From Lama guanicoe (Eukaryota), in the NCBI GenBank assembly GCA_013239625.1, contig MU053472.1:3519410-3583409 (forward strand): a DNA stretch of 64,000 nt, read 5' to 3'. Under the pieces are notes generated by a model. That model was not told the origin of the DNA. It searched no databases and worked only from the letters and a program-made list of their open reading frames with translations. How positions within the stretch are numbered: the first letter of the stretch is position 1; each line of letters opens with the position of its first letter. The translations under genes and the position numbers were made by a program. This document shows, in pieces, positions 37,808 to 52,779 of the stretch.

Positions 37808-40800
37808 ATAAGCAAAAACCTCTAAGTGTCTCTTAAAAATTACTTTAAAAATGATATAACTTATTCACAATAGCCAAAAGGCAGAAGCAACACAAGCGTC
37901 TGACAGATGAATGGATAAACAAAATGTAGTCTATACATACCATGGAATATTATTCAGTCTTAGAAAAGAAAGAAATTAATGAACCTTGAAGACATTATGC
38001 TAAGTCAAATAAAGCCAGTCACAACAGGACCAATATCATATGATTCCACTTATAGGTGCCTAGAGTAGTCCAATACATAGAAACAGAAGGTAGAATGGTG
38101 GTTGCCAGAGGCCAATAGGAGGGGAGAACGGAGAGTTAGTATTTAATAAACATGGAGTTTCAATTTGGAAAGTTGTAAAATTTCTGGAGATGGATGGTGG
38201 TGATGACTGCACAATAATATTAATGTACTTCATGCCATTGAATTGTATGCTTAAATGGTTATAATGGTAAATTTTATGTTATGTATAGTTTACCACAATT
38301 TTTTGAAACTGATATAACTGTACAAAACGCAGATTCTAACTTTAACTTAGGCAAAAATCATAGTCTCAGAGTTAAAAGGGTCATTTATTTACATATAATA
38401 TAATGAAGATTGGTTTTCAAAGATAATTCAACAAGGACACTTTGGTTTATGATCTCATAATTTGGAAATTGCCTCTCTCCTCAAGCACAATTCGTAAGAG
38501 GAGCAGAGACCATCATTCATTAACTTCTAGGCTGGTACTTTCAGAATGAAAATAGAAGAATCCAAAATGTCATATGCTCTATCATTGCAACTGTATACAT
38601 AAATAAAATAACTGCTAAGTAATATGTAATATAAGGAACCTTATGTTGTGTTAGGGAGTGAGATCATAAATTTTTACAATGTTTTAGGGTTGATATTCTA
38701 TTTTTAATGCAAAATAAAAAATAGTGGCATGCTGTTTTTAACCCACCTTACTAAAAAATCACATTCTCTTTTTGATTCAATAAAACAAAGATTAGCCAAC
38801 CTTCTTAAAAATTAGTATCTAAGTCATCTCATATCACCGTATGTCCAAAGAGGTACCCAGTACATCCAACTTTTCTGAGAAAATTATTAAGAAGTAAATA
38901 AGCTTTTACGAAGCATTTACGTGTTTATTAAGAATACTAAAGTCAAATGGGCATTAAGTATTCAGATTGAAAATCTTCCTCAAATTTCTAGGTAAAAGTA
39001 AAATTTTATACTTCATGTCTGCATCTCGAGAGATCTTTTAAACAAGCTAAAGCAAAGAATCACTTGGCTCATGGCCCCAGTTGAGATGAAACTTAACATA
39101 TGGCTGAACTACATAGTTTAGGTCAGGAAGAAACAAGACAGAAGCACAACTTGTGCTCTAAAGCTGAGCACACATGTGAAACACTGTGTGGGGGTGTTGA
39201 TATATTACTCCACACTACCACCAGATCTTCTTGGCAGAGTGGTATAATTCTGAACAATCTTGGCCTCATCATGAATATGCAAACTGAAAGAAAACTCACA
39301 TGGTATACAGGACAGAGACAAAAGTATTCCTTTTAATAACTGTTGGAATGTTATTCCATTATTAGTCAAAGGGTAAAAATCAGGTGTTTCTGGTGAAGGA
39401 TTGGGCCTGGGGCATGAGACGCGACACTTAAGTTCGATTCTCATTATAAATTTGGCTAGTCAAGGTTTTTAGTTTTCTGCTCAAACTAGAAGTGTGCATT
39501 TTTATAACTATTTTCCTCCCGTGTGAATTTCTATTTCAATCCTTTCAAGATAAACTAAATTTTAAAATGCATATAAGATTTCATGCAACTTTAATAAATT
39601 AAAGACATCTGGTTTCAAACAATGAAGAACAAAACTATGTTGATTCTATTAAATGAGGTCAGCTTTTTCTGATTACAATAAAGTGCACATTACTTATCAT
39701 ATATCCACAGCCTGGGAGAAAAAGCAGTTTGGAGAAAAAGATTTTTACCTAAAAAGAAGGCTAAGGGCTGTATCTTTAGATTGGCTGGCAATCAATGCAA
39801 TAATATAATTATATTCTAGAAACAGCAATTATAGGAGAAAAGGAATCGACTCTAGCTATAAAATGTGGGTATTACTACCTACTTCACAGAGTTATTTGGA
39901 AAACAAAATGAAATTATAAACATATACACAGACAGCACTTAGCACAATAAGCATGGTTAATAAATATTCAAAAATGGTAGCTGTTGTTTCCTACTTAATC
40001 TTTCTGGGCCTTGGTCTTCTCACAGTTAATGTTAATAGGTATAGATATGTCAAAGAGTTACTGAAAGACTCACAGATGTGGAGAACACATTAGTGGTTAC
40101 CAGTGGCGGGAGGGGAGAGGAGAGGGGCAATGTAGGAACAGGGATTAAGAGGTACAAACTATTATGTATAAAATAAGCTACATATTGTACATACTGTACA
40201 ACACAGAGAAGATGCCAATATTTCATAGTAAATGGAGCATAACCTTTAAAAATTGTGAATCACTATATTGTACACCTAACATATAATATTGTACACCAAC
40301 TATACTTTAATTTTTAAAAAGGGGATTGAAGGGATTATACAAAACATTGTATATAAGGTGTTAAAATGTTGTATATAAGGTGCCCAGATAAGTATGTAGC
40401 ACAAGCAAGCACTCTCTAAAATGGTAGTATGGGATATAGAAAAAATTTTACACGATGGTAGACTTCCCCTAAATCTATCTATTCAATGTCAATGTTCTAC
40501 ACTACTAATTTCTTGGGAAGGTTTAGTGAGAAGCTGAAGTCATAAAATGATTAACTCTCAAAAAAAGTAAGCATGATTTTCTGATCTCATGGGTACCTAG
40601 CCAATGCAAACTTCTAGAATCTGAGAAAGAAGGTAAACTTCTCCTTCTGATGAGTGCGTTAAAAGATGAAAGGAACATCTTTCTCAGCTCCTACTATTTT
40701 TATGTTTCAGATGTATTCTATTAGTGATAATAGTAGAATAATAGTGAAAGACCACTACTGTATCCTAGCTCTAGAGGAATTTCTAACAACATTTAAATAG

Positions 40801-41938
40801 TACAATGCACTTTACAGAAAACCTAAATCTGGGAAAATAAAAGCAAGATGTTCAAAAGACTCTCATCTGGAGAACTGATACCAAATCTTTACAATAGGGT
40901 TTGTTGCTGAGAAAAGAACTGCTTTTGTGAATCTAGTATATAATGACATTTACAAAACTAGAGGCATAGGAGTCATTTGCAAAGTACTATGTATTATGTG
41001 GGGAAAAAAATTACCTGAGGTCTTTGGAAATGTCATCTTTAAAAGAGACACAAACTGCATGAACTAGTTACAAAAGATACAAGTGTAAACAGTTCCATTA
41101 TGAGCTCAGGATCAGCAAACTCTAACTTGGTCAGGTATGATTCTTTTCAGTTTGTCCAAGGATGAAGAAATGCAGATAAAGAAACAGATGCTATCTTTGA
41201 CCAGACCCAATATGTATTTAAGCAATCCTTTTTTCCATCTTTGTACACGTGCTGTCTCAGTTTTCCCATTTCCCCATTTTTGGAGCATTTCCAAAGCAAG
41301 TTCTTTAGGTTATACCAATTAATTTCAAAGCAGAGAGGCTGGCATAAATCTGACATTTCTAGAAATGTAGAATAAAAGACTCCACAGCTTACAACCGCCT
41401 GTTTTAAAGAAAATGAAAGCTGATTTGTTCACATACTCAGCAACTTTAAAAATACAAAGGTTTCACGCTGCCATAATTTTATTTTAAAGAACAATACTTG
41501 TGAAAGGCAAGTAAGTAACTGGGTAATAAAAGCGTAGTAGGAAAATATAAAAGAAAACAAAAGAAAACACAATTTCATACAAGAAATATATTAAGAAACT
41601 AAGAAAAACCATCCTATTTTCCACATCAATTAGTCCTAAAGCTAACCTCAAAAGCTTCCCGTTTGTCCTGATTTTACTTTCCTTTCAGTCCCTTCCAGAA
41701 CACAGAGTACCCACCTCCCTCTACATGGCTAATAGATGGTACTTGATTTCAAAGAGCTTTAGAAGGTAGCACTGTGGCCACCTACTCATTTCAGGTGCAC
41801 CCCATCATTTAAATATTCCAAAGAATTTCCTATGTAGCTAAATGTGCAGTATAACAAGAAGTTTCTATGTTTGCTCTAGGCAATGAAGGTAACAGTAGCT
41901 TTATTTTATGGGCACTGTAGGTTTCATCCACTGGACTA

Positions 41939-42115
<177 letters not shown>

Positions 42116-42788
42116 TCAGAATACCTCTGACCAAATACAGTTTTACTTAACATAATAAAAGTTTATTTGGTTTAAAAAAAACTGGTACACGGGTAACATC
42201 CTGAGATTAGTAGACTTTTTACCAATCTGTGGAAATACTGCAGATCATTATCATTAACCTCTATTTGCTTTAGAAAACTTAATAGTTTCAGTCAACATAT
42301 TTGTTGACTTCCTTATCATCAAGCTTACTAACATGTTTCTGACCACTAGAAGAAAAGCAAAAACTCAGTTAGAATATTCTCAGATTTTAGTAGAAATAAA
42401 CCTTGAAGCACTGTGTTCTAACAAAACCACGAGTAAGGTTAGGAACAGAGTCATAAGTCTATTCACTAGTGTGATTTGTATTTAAATGGATTCGCCCTTC
42501 CTCCTGCCTAAGACTGTGCACTTCCTGAGGGCAAGACTCATCTTACGAATATTTATATGCTAAGGACCTGACACAAGAGTTGCCAGAGTGTAGATGCTCA
42601 ATGAGTGTTAAATAACTGAAAGGATGAGTCAGTATCTAAGCGCACTGTGCTCCATGCTAAGATTTACCAGTGAACATGACAGATACGGTCTCTGCTTTCA
42701 TGGAGCTTACAGTCCTCAACAAGTATCAAATGAAAGAGATAGAAAAAAATGTATTTAACTAAAGATGTTTATCTGATTAAATGCCTAC

Positions 42789-42855
42789 CCAATGCAGGAA
42801 CCAGCAAAGCCTGATTTCTATCAATCTTTGTTGTCATCTGATTGGTTAAAATTAC
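42789..42855 (-). CDS. RAD51C: RAD51C coding exon 6 (67 nt)
   Basis: Read manually (too short for the ORF track): tttgtag|GTAATT, VILTNQMTTKIDRNQALLVPAL(G); donor TGG|GTAGGC. Confidence 0.96.
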
Positions 42856-45277
42856 CTACAAAAACAAAATGTGAGAAAATTAGGTGAGTCTCCCTCTAAA
42901 ATTATCAAGTAAACAGTCCTGGGATTTTAGTATTCTGAATATACTCTAATTTAAAGAGAGACTTATTTAGGTAATAAAAACTTTTCTGATAAATTTTTTA
43001 AGTTTACCCATAAAAATGAGTAAAACTATCTGAAAACATGATTCTACTGAATATAAAACATTTTTAAAAGATAAGAACAAAGACGCTCTTACTGTAAAAA
43101 TCAATGAAGAAAAATATAGTAGATAATACATAAAGATTTAAAGAGACTGTGTAAAAACTTCATAACTGGGAGCATTGGAAACATGGGAGTCTGCATTCTT
43201 TATTCAAGGGAATATAAAATCTTTAATAAATAACTCAAAGTCTACATTTCTACGAGAGAGACAAATACAGTATTACCATTTGTGATTATATAGAAAAAAA
43301 AAGAAACGGAGGTAAAGAATTATGAGAAGAGACCTGAAATTATATAGAGAGCACAGTAGAAGAACTGGAAAAAAATAAAACCCAGTTAACAGATTCAAAT
43401 TATGACTATGCCAATCTGCTGGTAATAGAGATACAGGTGTTGCCTTACTCAAAGATGGCCCTCAAGGCTAAACACATTGCTAATTCTTTTGGATTAAATA
43501 CAGGCCTACAGAAAAGATTCCATGTTTAGAAAGAAAATAATTTTAAAGTAAAGAAAAAGAAAGTGTTTAAGGCTGACTTAACATAGTAAAAGTCAGATTA
43601 TCTGGCATCTTCTCATCCAAAATTCTCCACCAACGGTTATTTAAAATATTCTTCTAATACAGATCTTCCCTCCAGAAATAAGACGGATACTACTACAAGC
43701 TGAAACTGATAAAGAACGTCTAAGAAAAGCAATGAGAAAAGATACCTACTCTGAAAAGTCATCAATTCCTTAAGAAAACTGAGAAAGAAAACGCTGTTTG
43801 GCTGTTCCCAATGCAGAGGTCAACACCCTAAAATTTGTTTTTATCTACAAAGGAGAAACCTGTGACCCATCTAGATTTCAATTAGGCTCAAACTGGATGA
43901 CACAACTTTCTTCTAGTTCCTCTACCCTTAAGTGCCACAGTGGTTTCCCATCTGTTACCTTCCTCCAGGCATCTTAGAACAAGCTAAGCAGGAATTTAAA
44001 TTGGTAATTAACTGAACTATATGTCTAACTGGCATCCCCAATACATTGAATAATGCTCTTTGCTATACATACTATCAAGTGCTTAATCCTAGTAACTGCG
44101 ATATTTATTTACACCAACACTTTTTGGCTAAAAGTGCCCTATCCAGTAAAGCAGCCATCAGCCACATACAGCTTCTTAAAACAAAATTAATTAAAAACTA
44201 AAAATTCAGTTCCTCTGCAGCATTAGCCATATTCCAAGTGTTCAAGAGCCATGTAAACTACTACATCAGACTGAGCATTTTTATCTTTGCAGAAAGTTCT
44301 ATAACACAATATTGGTTTAGTTTATCTATTACACACCTTGAGGAAACTGTAAATAGATGTGCTGTGCTGGCTTACCAGCTGTTCAACATCCCAAATTCAG
44401 AATTTGCTGTGTTAGTAGATATTTATAAAATAATTACACTATTGCAAAAAATGTTGGGTTTAACATGATATAAACAAAAATTATTGCATGATTACTCCAA
44501 GCTCCGAAAGAATGAGTCTTAAAATAGTGAAGTAATAATCATTTTGAAATTATGAACTTCACTGCTTTCAAAATACTTCTGCTACCCAAATGTCCTTCGA
44601 TGGGTGAATGGGTAATCAAGATGTGGTATATCAATACAATGCAAAATTATTCAGTCATAAAAAGAACATGGGTACATGCTACAACATGGATGAATCTTAA
44701 AAACATTATCCTAAGTGAAAGAAGTCAGATATAAAAGACCACATAGTGTGATTCTATTTATATAAAATATCCAAAAAAGACAGATCCATAGAGACAGAAA
44801 GCAGACTAGTGGTTGTTAGCAGGTGAAGGGAGAGTGCAATGGGAAATGATGGTTAATGGGTAAGGGATGACTTTGGGGATGATGGAAATGGTCTAAAATT
44901 AGGTAGCAGTAATGGCTGCACAACTCTGAATATACTCAAAAGCACTGACTTGTACACTTTAAACTGGGAATATGGATTAAAGTGCTGTATCAATATTAAA
45001 TGTCCTAAATTTGATAACTATACTGTGGACTGTGGATACATATGAGAATATTCTTGTCCTAAGGAAACACACACTGAAATATTATCAGGTAAAAGAATAT
45101 GATGTGTGCAATCATTGTTAAATGGTTCAGAAAAATATATACATAAACTGTGTGTGTGTGTGTGTGTGCGCGCGTGTGCATGTGTGCGTGTATAGAGAGA
45201 GAGCAGGGAGAAGGAATGAGTGATAAAGTAAATCTTGGGAAAGGTTATATGGGAGTTCTTATAGTACTCAAATTAAC

Positions 45278-45359
45278 AAAATAAATACAATTTTATCTTT
45301 TTCTAACTGAATTAAAAAAAAATAAATACAATTTTATCTTTTTCTAACTGAATTAAAAA
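45278..45359. repeat. 41-bp perfect tandem duplication
   Basis: aaaataaatacaattttatctttttctaactgaattaaaaa x2. Confidence 0.92.
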
Positions 45360-46633
45360 AAAAAGAATTCCCATTCATTGCTGTAGAGAACATACTTTGG
45401 AATATACTTTCTGAAGGTAATTTGATAATATATAACAAAAGGTTTAAAAATAGAGACATCCCTTTGGCTTAATACTTTCAGAAGTAACTGGACACATGGA
45501 CTAAGAAGCACAAATAAAGTTGCTGACTGCTATGCTGTACATGGTGAAAACCTGGAGACAACTTTAAAGACAATCAATAGAGAGAGAGGTGGTTAAAAAA
45601 CTATGTTACAATCATACAACAGAGTACTATGCAGCTATTAGGTTGAGGTAGACATAAACTAGTATGTATGGGAAGATGTTCATACATTAAGTGAAAAACA
45701 AAAAAACCACTTTGCACAACAGCATGCATAATAAGATCTCACTTAAAAATGTTTATGTATGCATAGAATAAGCTTGGAAAAATATATATACCAAACTCAA
45801 CAAATGATCATCTCTGGGATATAGATAATATGATTGCTTACTTTCTACAGTTTTGATTGCTTAGAACTTTTTTTTATAGCAAGCATATATAACTTAATAT
45901 TGTAAAATGCACTTAATATCAAAAGTGATACATGCTTCTCTACATGCTAATTGGGAAATTAAAAATCAAGCAAAGAAGAATTTATAAGTAAGAGGAGAAA
46001 CTATGACCTCAACCTTTAAAATCCTCTCTCTAGAAGTAGCCACTGTAAATGTTTTGGTCCTTTCAGATCTTTCTATTCATATATATAAGTATAATTACAC
46101 ATATGTAACTTTTACTTTCCTCAAAAGTGGATCGGATCACACTAAACATACAGTTATGCAACTTGAATTTTTTCACCTAATCGTGTATCTGGATATATCT
46201 TGTTTAATGTTAGTATGTGTATATTTACATTGCTCTCCTTAAACATTGCATAGTATTCCATGTTGTTGTTTAGATTACTTTTTTAATCAGAAAAGATGAA
46301 GCTATTTCTATTAAAACCAAACAAAAACCTAAGAAACTATGCAACCCACTAGCCTTGAGTGCCCCCTACTGGGGGCTCTTCACTGATATTAACAGAATGC
46401 TAAATTGCCAATAAATAGCAAGAAATAATTTTAAAATGGGGCACTACACTTTTCAGCACATGGCAAAAAAAAAAAATCTAAAAACTCAAAAGAGAAAATT
46501 TATGTTTTGAAATGATTTTATCGAGGAATTTTTTACTTACTAATGATGTGTGTGTGTGCTAAGGACTCTGTAATCAGGGTAAAGACAAGATCAGTTTGAC
46601 CTTCTCCCATCTCCCTCTCACACAAGTATTTTT

Positions 46634-46828
46634 CTTTTTATTGATTTATAATCATTTTACAATGTTGTGTCAAATTCCAGTGTAGAGCACAATTTTTCAG
46701 TCTTACATGAACATATATATATTCATTGAGACATTTTTTTTCTGAGCTATCATAGATCTTGTGTATATTTCCCTGTGCTATACAGTATAATCTTGTTTAT
46801 CTATTCTACAATTTTGAAATCCCATCAG
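46634..46828 (-). mobile_element. Young L1 3' fragment with perfect 12-bp TSD
   Basis: acaagtattttt at 46622-46633 and 46829-46840; body is the reverse complement of the 8882-9190 family. Confidence 0.85.
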
Positions 46829-47295
46829 ACAAGTATTTTTGTTTCAGTGGTGAGATGAGGTTGCAGAGTGGGAAGTGATGCAAATAGACAGTAAAAAAAA
46901 ATTTTTACCTCACTCTTTTTTATCTCTTTACTTCTGAGCTTACCTTTACCTCTCACCTCACATTACAAATCTAGAAGAGTTAGCTCCACCTCCAAACACC
47001 TAGGTTAGTTACATTATGCAATTTTTCTAACCATCTGAGTCTGTGATTACACTCTATGTAATAATCAAAGACTCAAGAATAAAAGAAAAATGGGGATGCT
47101 GGAAGAGTTTACCTGAAAAACATGAAGTATGTTACAAAGAAAACACTGCAACTACCAAAAGTGGTATTATCTTATCAAAGTCCATTTTTATAATATGGCA
47201 TCTTGATTATGCTTTTTTTTTTCCAGGAAAACTGATATACAACACTTATGACTGGAATTAACTTTTTTATACAAACCAAAGCAAAACTACATTCA

Positions 47296-47541
<246 letters not shown>

Positions 47542-50029
47542 CTAAATACAGAAAAGATAATGATATTAGGTTTGGTATTTAAAATAATAAATGGCAGCCA
47601 AAAAGCAGAGTCCATTACAGGAATAAAAAACCTTAAAATCCAGAGTTCTTACCTTGTAATAACCTATAATGAAAAAAATACGAAAAAGAATATGTTTATA
47701 CATATGTATGTATGAATCACTATGCTGTACACCAGAAACTAACATGTTGTAAATCAACTATACTTCAACACCGAAAAAAAAAAAATTCAGGGTTCTATTT
47801 CCAACTCTTCAAAAGCTTTATTCTGGAGAGTAATTAAATCTGTTTAACGCTTTCTGCACTAATCACCAAAAGTTAAAATATATTTTGGTTTGATAAGCTA
47901 TCACCTTAAAAAAGTAATTTGACAAAAAGAAAAAGGAACAATTACAATCTTCCTATAGTGTGCCAATACACCCAGTTTTTACAGAGGTGCTTTACGTTGA
48001 GGAAAAGCTCTTCTGGAGTTGCAGTAAAATCAATTTCTCAATTAAACGTCAATTTTATCTCCCTGGTTCTTTTTACATTAAAAAAAAAACCTCTCAAATA
48101 TTAACCTATAAAACTTTCTTCAAAAACTTAATTCTTTTTTCTTCTTAATTTAAAATATACCATAGGGCAACTAATCATTACAGAATCTATTATAACTAGA
48201 ATTCAGCATGAGGCAGGTTTGTCTTGAATTCCAATCAAGAAGGTTTACTTATAGATGATAAACATTTTCAAGACGGTTTTGTTTGTAATATAGCCCAAAT
48301 AATGGCTCCTATGGTGAAGTTAAGAGTAATATATAAACCTAAGATCCAAGAACAAACAGAAACTGGAAACTAACCCAAATATAAACAAACAAACTACACG
48401 ATTGTATTTTTCTACCTAATTAAGACTAGGTTAAAGAAAAAGCTTTCGTGAGACAAAGCCATTTTTACATCTTTTCACTCTTTCATTCACCAGATATTTA
48501 CTGACACATACTATATGCATCTAACAACAGAGCCCTAGAATATATAAAGCAAAAACTGATAAAATTAAAGGACGAAGACAGTTCTACAATAATAATTGGC
48601 AATTTCAATACCCCATATTCAATGATAGGCAAAATTGGACAAAAGATAAACAAGGAAAGAGAAGGCTTACCAACATTATAAATCAACTAAAACTAGCAAA
48701 TAAATATATAGAACACTCTACTCAACAACAGCAGAATACACATTCTTCTCAAATGCACATGGAAAATCCTCCTGGACAGACTAGACGTTATGTCACAAAA
48801 TAAGTCTCAATAAATTTATAAAGATGGAACCATACAAATTATCTTCTCTGACCAGAATCGAATAAAATTAGAAACCAAAAGCAGAAGGACACTTGAAAAA
48901 TTCACAAATATGTGGAAATTAAACAACACATTCTTAAATAAACAATGAGCCAAAGAACTCCCAAAGGAAATTAGAAAATACTTAAAGTTGAACGAATGTG
49001 AAAAAATACACCAAAATTTATGGATACAGTGAAAGTAGTACTCAGAAGGAAATATACAGCTCTAAACAGCTATATTAAAAAAAGAAACAAAAAAGATCTC
49101 AAACCAATAACCTAAACTTCTACCTTAAAAAACTAGGAAAAGAACAAACTTAATTCAAATAATGTAGAAAGAAGCAATTAAAAAAAAGTGGAAATAAATA
49201 TAGACAAGAAAGAAACAGTTGAGGAAATCACTGAAATCAAAAGTTTATTCTTTGAAAAGATCAACAAAATTGACAATCCTTTAAATTGAGAAAAAGAGAG
49301 AAGACTCAAATCACTCAAATCAGGAACGAAAGTAGGGACATTACTCCCAACCTTATATAAATAAAAAAACTCAAAGAGAAGATATTGAACATCTGTACAC
49401 CCCAAAATTAGATAACCCACATGAAATGGACAAATTCACCAGACGACACAAAACTACCAAAACAGACTGAGGAAGAAATAGAAAATCTGAATGAAACAAG
49501 AGATTGGATCAGTAATCAAAAGCCTTCTAACAAAGAAGAGACCAGGATCAGTTGGCTTCACTGGTGAATTCTATGAAATGTTCGAAGATTTCACACCAAT
49601 CCTTCTCAAACTATTCCAAAAAGTACAGAAGGGAACTTCCTAACTCATTCTATGAAGCCAGTATGACACTGATATCAAAGTCAGACAAAAACATCACCAG
49701 CAAAGAAAACTACAGACCAATTTCAGATGTAAAAATCCTCAACAAAATACTAGCAAACTAAATCCTGTAGTATATTTAAAAAAATTATATTACCATGATC
49801 ATGCAGGTTTTATTCTAGGATAGCAAGGTGGTTCAATATGAAAATCAATCAATGATTAAACGTACCAGATTAACAGAATGATGGGGAAAAAGAGCCACAT
49901 GATCTTCTCAATTGATTCAGAAAAAGCATTTGACAAAATCCAACATCTTTCATGATAAAAAATTATCAATAAATTAGGAATAAAAGAGAGCTTCCTCAAC
50001 TTGATAAAGAGTCCACAGCTAATATCATT

Positions 50030-51036
50030 AAGTTAGTTTTCATAATTTGTAGTTTTATGTTTTATAAAGTCATCAAAAACACTGACTGAGGGAATACTGA
50101 ACCATTGCTCCTAGGGGAAATACAGGGCCAAGTTTCTGTGAGCTTCTGATCACATTTTTGTCAACTGATCAATATACAACCATATCTTATGTGTATTTCT
50201 ACCTAAAAACATTTAATATATAATGTTGATCCATTAACACTGAAGTTGTCGCCAACATGGTAAGTCATGCATGAACAATGCTTATCTAACATATGTATTT
50301 TCTCCATAAAGTACATCACACCCTTCTTCTGTTGAGGAACAACAGATAGCACTTCAGCACTGCTTGAGGTATATGTTAAACAGTGGAAGTATCAATAAAA
50401 TGCAAAAAAAGATGGCATTTAATCAACCATATAGAAGACACTGCCTCACAGTATGAATTGAAACAAGGTAGCAGCGAATCACCTTGTTCAATCTCAGCTA
50501 GGAACATGTGTGTTAGGAGACTCAAATTTTATGCCACTTAACTTGTTCATTACTATGTACTGAATTAACGTCTCCACAAAATTCGTATGTTGAAGACCTA
50601 ACCAAGTACAATATAATTGTACATGAAGACAGGGCCTCTAAGGAAGTAAGGTCAAATGTGGTCAAAAGGGCAGGGCCCTGATAAGACAGGATTCAAGTCC
50701 TTAAAAGGAAAGGTACCAGAGAGCTCACTCTCTTGCTCTGCTATGTGAGGATACTGCAAGAAGGTGGCCTTCTGGAATCCACAAAGAGCCCTTGCCAGAA
50801 ACAGAATCAGCTATAACCTTAATCTTGGACATCTAGCCACCAGAACTGTGAGAAACCAAATTTTTGCTGTTAAAGCCAAACAATCTAAGATATTTTTATG
50901 ATGGCAGCCTGAGCTGCCCAATACATCTATAAATGACTGTGAAAACACTGGGGGTATTGTTTTGGGATTACGAATAAATTTTAGCAAGTAGTTAAATTCA
51001 TATTTATAGAATCTGCAAGTAGTGAAGATAAACTGT
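50030..51036. mobile_element. Tigger-family (MER82-like) DNA transposon containing a nested MaLR LTR (~50552-50923)
   Basis: L1 text ...cacagctaatatcat | cttaatgctgatagactgaaagc is split by this block; the inner LTR carries the MLT/MST motif ccagaactgtgagaaa...taaagcca. Confidence 0.65.
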
Positions 51037-51332
51037 TCTTAATGCTGATAGACTGAAAGCTTTCCCCCAAGATCAGGAACAAGACAAGAATGCCTGATTT
51101 TATTACTGTTTTTCAACATTACACTAGAAGTTGTAGCTAGAGCAATTAGTTAATAAAAAGAAATAAAAGGCATTCAAACAGGAAAGTAAGATATAAAAAT
51201 CTCTATTCATAGATGACATAATCTTATATATAAAAAATCCTGAAGAATCCACAAAAAACTACTAAACCTAATGAACAAATTCAGCAAAGTTGAAATATCC
51301 AAAATCAACTTACAAAAATCAGTTGCATTTCT

Positions 51333-51459
51333 TTTCCTTTTTGAGGAAGAGAAGGAGGAGGAGGTAATTAGGTTTATTTTAATGGTGGTACTAGGGATTG
51401 AACCCAGGACTTTGTGCATGCTAGGCACATACTCTACCACTGAGCTATACCCTCCCCCC
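51333..51459 (-). mobile_element. tRNA-derived SINE with 15-bp TSD
   Basis: TSD atcagttgcatttct (51318-51332) / atcagttgtatttct (51460-51474). Confidence 0.9.
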
Positions 51460-51586
51460 ATCAGTTGTATTTCTATCCCTATCAATAAATAATCCAAAAA
51501 TGAAATTTAAAAAAATTCCATTTACAATACCATCAAAAAGAATACTTAGGAATACTTGTATACTAAAAGCTACAAAACACTGTTGA

Positions 51587-51752
51587 AAGAAATTAAAGAA
51601 GACCTAGATAAATAAAAATATCATATGTTCATAGATTAGAAGACTTAATATTAAAATAGCAATATACTCAAGAAATTAAAGAAGACCTAGATAAATAAAG
51701 ATATCATATGTTCATAGATTAGAAGACTTAATATTAAAATAGCAATATACTC
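51587..51752. repeat. 83-bp tandem duplication (1 mismatch)
   Basis: aagaaattaaagaagacctag...gcaatatactc at 51587-51669 and 51670-51752. Confidence 0.95.
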
Positions 51753-52219
51753 AATCTACAGATTCATTGTACTTTCTGTTAAAAGTCCCCACTACATTTC
51801 TGCAGAAGTGGACAAATCTCCATTCACATGGATCAAATTCATATGGAATTGCAAGGAGTCTTGAATAGCCTAAACAATTTTGAAAAGAAACAACAAAGTT
51901 GGAGGACGCATATGTCCCAATTTTGAAACATACTAAGAAGCTACAGTAATCAAAACAGTGTGATATTGGCATAAAAATAGATACATACATCAATAGAAGA
52001 GAGTCCAAAAATTAACCCACACATTTATGGCCAACTGATTTTCAACAAGGATGCCGAGCCCATTCAATGGGGAAAGAATTGTCTTATCTATACGTAGTGC
52101 TGGGACAACTTGATATCTATACGCAAAAGAATGAAGGAGGACACTTATCTCAACCTATGTATGAAAATTAACTCAAAATGGATCAAAATCCCAAATAAAA
52201 GAGTTAAAGCTATTAAACT

Positions 52220-52779
52220 TAATGGGGTTCAGGACATGCTATCCCCAAATATGGTACTTTGGCATACTGTAATATGATAAGCTAAAGGAGTTTGAGAAAA
52301 TGGTTGAAGCAGGAAAGGTCACTTAATTTCCCTCCCTTGCTCTTCTTCCCTGAAAGCAGGAGATAAATCTCTGGTGAGAAAGGTACTCTCCCTGTCCTAG
52401 AAGGAAGGGAGACCTTCCTTATCACCAGAGACAGGGAATTGAGGGCTGAGAAGGCTGCATAAACAAACCTTCTTAAACTAATCCCTATCTTCCAAATTAC
52501 TGTAGTTCTTCGTAATTGTCCACCTCTAGCCCCAAACTCTGTCTCATTAATTCCTTACAAACATATTGTTTCTTTGTCTAAAAGGTAAAAGCTTTCTGCA
52601 CTGCTTACTTCTTCAGGTCTTCATTTTCTTGTACATTTCTTGTACAAGGCTCCCATATACATGTAAAACTTCAATAAAATGTATGTGCTTGTCTCCCATT
52701 ATGCTGTCTTCAACAGTTCAATTTTCAGACTCAGTCAGCAATCCTAAAACGGTCAAGGAAAACTTTTTTCTCCCCTATA
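52220..52779 (+). mobile_element. ERV1-class solo LTR (MER34/MER39-like)
   Basis: 4-bp TSD aact (52216-52219 / 52780-52783); ends taatgggg...cccctata; internal AATAAA at ~52674. Confidence 0.75.
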
